In this document: piece by piece, positions 59,836 to 64,000 of the stretch
How the letters are laid out: each line of letters opens with the position of its first letter
How positions within the stretch are numbered: position 1 is the first letter of the stretch
Assembly: GCA_976226885.1 (NCBI GenBank)
Contig: OZ320315.1
Coordinates: forward strand, 41,540,001 to 41,604,000
Source of the DNA: Iphione sp. A-MEVVRFRX5
Lineage: Eukaryota
DNA: 64,000 nt
Reading direction: 5' to 3'
Notes under the pieces: generated by a model
Databases searched by the model: none
What the model saw: the letters and a program-made list of their open reading frames with translations, nothing else
Told to the model about the DNA's origin: nothing
Position numbers and translations under genes: made by a program

Positions 59836-62800
59836 TCACATCATCTAAGATATGTTATATAATGTTTTTCTGTCTTGAAACACCCATTTCTCTATCCTAC
59901 TCACCTGTGTGCATGCGTAGTCTGGGGAAAAAAGAACATGATCTGTTTTCAGTCTCTGGACCACGGACCACACACTCGTACACATGGAACACCCTTTGTT
60001 AAAATCAGTGAGTTTGTTTTTTTCCATACCATGCAGTCTGTGGTCCAGGGAGAAAATCCGTACACAAGGAAACCGGGCCCAAGTCTGTACATATGTGAAT
60101 GGCTTCAGTAGCTAGGTAAGCAGGGCTGGAAAATTATTCGCACCTGTCTGCATATGCAGAGCGGAGAAATCAGGATGCATGTGAACAGCGCCTTATTGGG
60201 TATACCCTGACTCCTCTGTGTAATGGGTTGATAAGGCTTTTACGGTGAACCCAAATGCCCAATAACGCTTCACCGGAATAGTTGTGCCCTCCCCTCCCTG
60301 TAGTCTACTGAACATGTTCAAAGAACAGAAACCAACAAGAATGCTTCTGATAAGTATAATTAAATCTCATTTTCAATAAACTAGTAGGGAAAATAAATAA
60401 AGAATGTATACAGGGTGTGGGTATGAGCGGGTATACTCGTTTCCGATCGATTTCATTTTCCAACAAGACCACAGGTCGATCAGTAACTTGTACAACCGCT
60501 CATACCTGAACACCGTAAATACAGAACTACAATAAAAACGTGCAGCCAGAACAAATGTGAGGGTTCCTGTTACATCTTGATGTTAATTCTATTCAACACT
60601 TGAGGTCGCAATGAAAGAGTTACTCCATACAACCTGTGTGGTAAATTTTTCTGTGTGTGCTCCACCAGGATTTCATTTTACAGCAGACTACAGTACGAAA
60701 TAAGCTTTTTCGTTACATTATCGCTCTAATTCAAGCGTATTCACGGTACAAAAGGGAAGACACGACACTGATCGTATGGAACATAAGTTTCTAACTGTAT
60801 AAATGTTCTCAGATCATACACCTTGCCTGTTACAGTGACATAATATAAAATTCAAAGGGAAGTATGTCCATACCTGACAAGGTTGCGGCGCACCTCCCCG
60901 CCATGTCATCCTGTTCTCTCCACTAAAGCGCTAGGTGGATCAGCTGTTTAACAATGGCGCCACCTCGAGTCACTTTCCACATGGCGCGTCAAGATTAAAC
61001 ACACACGATATGCTGTCGGAATATATTTATAATAATATGCATTTAGATACAAGGTGCTCGCTAATATTAGTAGTAGTACATGTTATCTTTGGATCGCATA
61101 TATATTCGCATTACATTTTTGGGGGTTTTAAATATTACGTTAGGCGAGGTCGGCTCAATCGTAGACGAGATATTGTCATGCGGCAGACGTCAAAACAAAA
61201 GACATACATGTACGTCATTGCCGATATGTGTTGTACATTTGTTCAGCGTATTTCCTATGCATAGTGTTTCATTAAACTATTATAAAAATCCATGGGATTG
61301 GCATAGCAGATGGGACCAAAGCAATCATAATATAAATTACAAGGACTCAGGTTACTTCAAGCCCCTTCAAGCCCTCTTGGATAACCAGTCACCAAGAATT
61401 CGAGAATCGAAATGCTCCAGATCAGTACCCATTCACCCAGAATTGACGGACCTGAATGACCGATGGGATAAAAATACCTCGATTCTCAATAACTGCTGGC
61501 CCTGAGATAAACATGCCGATAAGCTTCACCAGAAAAGGCAGAATACATGTACGACATGATGTAGTTGCCCCCCGTGTAAATTTTTTGTACCAAGCTTGTT
61601 TCATTCGTTCCGAAAAGTTTCGGATTTTCAAACTACACTAGACAGAAAAATTAATACATCCGCTAGATTACAACAATTTTTGTATGTCTCAAGTGGATAC
61701 TCAAGAACACGGTCTCAAGATAGTGAGTGTGTACATGTGTACACGTGGACAGTCGAGTTTCCTGCTCACGTGGTAGTTGCTCACATGTGATCGTTCGTGA
61801 ACCACTGCCACCTAGCGGGATCCGTCGGTTCTGCTCTCAATGCCTTCGATTCCTTATATGGATCTAATTAGCATTTCATCGAAATATCCAACCAATCGGG
61901 TGGCTCGTACGGCACTGCTGTCGCTAGGAGAGGGTGTCGAGCTCGAAACTGTGAATGTTGGCACTGAGCGGCAGGCAAGCAAGCGGAGAACAGGGGAGGA
62001 ACCAGTTGTCAGGTAAAAATTGGTTTGTGTAGTTTACTTGGAAAAATGTTTCATTTCACTGCTACGTCTGGATGTGTCAGTGGTACAGCACTTTTTTTTC
62101 TGCTTGCTCCTGAGTCCTTCATACCAACATGGAGAACGTCCATGTTCCCGGGCATGTTCCCCATGTTTATAGATTGGCACGACTCAAACCCAATGAATTT
62201 CCCTTTCGGATAATATGTACACCTAACCGAATTGTAGTTTTATGTTTCAAATCCAAAATATCCAGCAGTCTTCCTGCTGTGCACTGCTGTGCAGTGTCCA
62301 TAGGTGTAACACAGTGTAACATGTCGACGGTATTTTGTAGCTCATCAGTAGTGGAACAAAATCATTGAAAATGCACATGGGAGGCGGATAGGGTGAATTG
62401 TTTGTATAACAGTTGCTGGTATGCAGTAAAGCAGCTTTTTAATTATTTTTTTCCAAAGATACAACGCCTAGGTTGAGGTACAACGTACCCAGGGTATAAC
62501 TGAGGGCTTTACATGAGTGGGCGCGTGCTCTACCCTTCCTTGTCATTGAACAGTCTTCAAATAGACAAACAGATTTACAGTACCTTCTAAGATACATTCA
62601 CTGAATTCGTACGTCTGTCGTCCATATGTCATGACCAAGAAGACTGGCTTGGGTACCATGGCTTGACATAGCTAGAAAGGGCCAGCACTTGCCTATCCCG
62701 ATGACACTAACCCCATCTACCCTTCTAGGTCACCGTTGCCTCAAGGTCGAAATGTCCGTTTTCCCCACACTGAGCTAGGGTGGTGGATATTGTGTAGTTC

Positions 62801-64000
62801 AGTACATCCTACTACGGGTTTGAAGCCAAGGAAGGTATTTCTCATTTACAGGACATCATGCAACATCATGCGTGCTTATTTACATATCTACATGTATTCC
62901 AGTGCCATGTATAGGCTTTGGATGTTTGCTTTTGCTTGTTTATGTGTTGTATTGTGATTTTCATTCGCTCTTATCTAGACTATAGTCAAGTAAAGATTAC
63001 AAATCAAATACAAAGGGATAGACTGTTAGTCCTTCCGTATTGACTTGGTATAGCTTGTACCTGGTATCCTTCACATCCATAGCGACCTTAGTTCAAAAGA
63101 GATAGAGAGAGAAAAAAAACTAAAACGTATGTAGTTCACTAGAAGACTGGGTCAAGAGCAGCACAGCTGTATGAACTACGGTGTTTTATTACAAGATAAA
63201 ACACTTGACGAGCGTTATATCTTGAGTTCGCTCGCCAGCCAGTACAGTATGGTGAGTGATGGTCATACAGTAATTTAGGATTGAGGTGGCACTAATCATA
63301 ATCACAGGCATTGATATAGGGAATCCACGTTTTTCTTATTTGCTTTAAATCAAATAAGGTTGATAAAAAACGTAAAATTCTGTTTTCTTCCATGTATTAG
63401 AGGTGGCGTAAGGGGATTACATAATGGTGATTACTGTAATACTATTGATGACCTGTTGATACCGGCACTCGATTATTGGCTAGCGCCGAGTGCAAGTGGC
63501 CGGCACTTGTGCTCAGACACCGGTGGCCGGCTTTCTTTAGCGGCAAGAATGGTTCAGGTGGCCTCAGATCCGCACTCGCCCTCCACGAGCCCATGTTTGG
63601 CCACGGACTCGCTAACTTGCCAGTCAGTACTCACACTATAAATAACTAGACATATCAATGTCTGGGATAGTTTACCTACATGTCATACACATTATAGGAG
63701 AAAAGTGTTCTTATCATAGATATGGTTCTGAGAATATAACAATATGTGAGTACTGAACGTTTCACACAATGGTACAAAACTTTGCCAGATAAAGTCTATC
63801 TAACCAGACGAAACATCGCATGCCTAAATGTTCCAAGTGCATAGTCGACCTCTTCCTTTTACCCAAATTATACGTTGGTCAAAAAATAAAAAAACTCTTG
63901 ACACTGCCTGTGTCCATATGGTTCTACTAAACCAGGGTCATTCGGCTGTGAAGTATAGCAAGGCAAGTGCCGGTGTTTAGTTGCTTGCTGTAGTTCTTGT

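Overview
AT-rich animal genomic DNA, probably a marine invertebrate (the taxon cannot be fixed from the sequence), with two N gaps. Two host genes lie on the minus strand: a 3-exon PPP1R27-like ankyrin PP1 regulator (11365->4841, 173 aa) and a single-coding-exon PGAP4/TMEM246 GPI-GalNAc transferase (48004->46757). The window also holds two complete, apparently young tyrosine-recombinase (YR) retrotransposons on the minus strand. One is Ngaro-type with split direct repeats (26752-31449; A1-gag-RT/RH-YR-B1-A2-B2). The other is DIRS1-type with ITR/ICR ends (53363-58172; gag-RT/RH/MT-YR). The best signals are expression-control elements inside them. (1) Both gag ORFs end in a canonical -1 slippery heptamer that shifts into the pol frame: G_GGA_AAC plus a 9+8 bp H-type pseudoknot in the DIRS1 element, and A_AAA_AAC plus a hairpin in the Ngaro element. 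(2) The Ngaro YR has no usable ATG, follows pol in frame after one TGA, and is preceded by a strong 3' splice site that is phase-compatible with a donor in gag. (3) A 19-bp hairpin would bury the AAUAAA of the internal B1 repeat while leaving the terminal B2 copy exposed. The remainder is a decayed LINE, SINEs, MITEs and minisatellites. All mechanisms are inferred by eye, and novelty was not checked against literature or databases.
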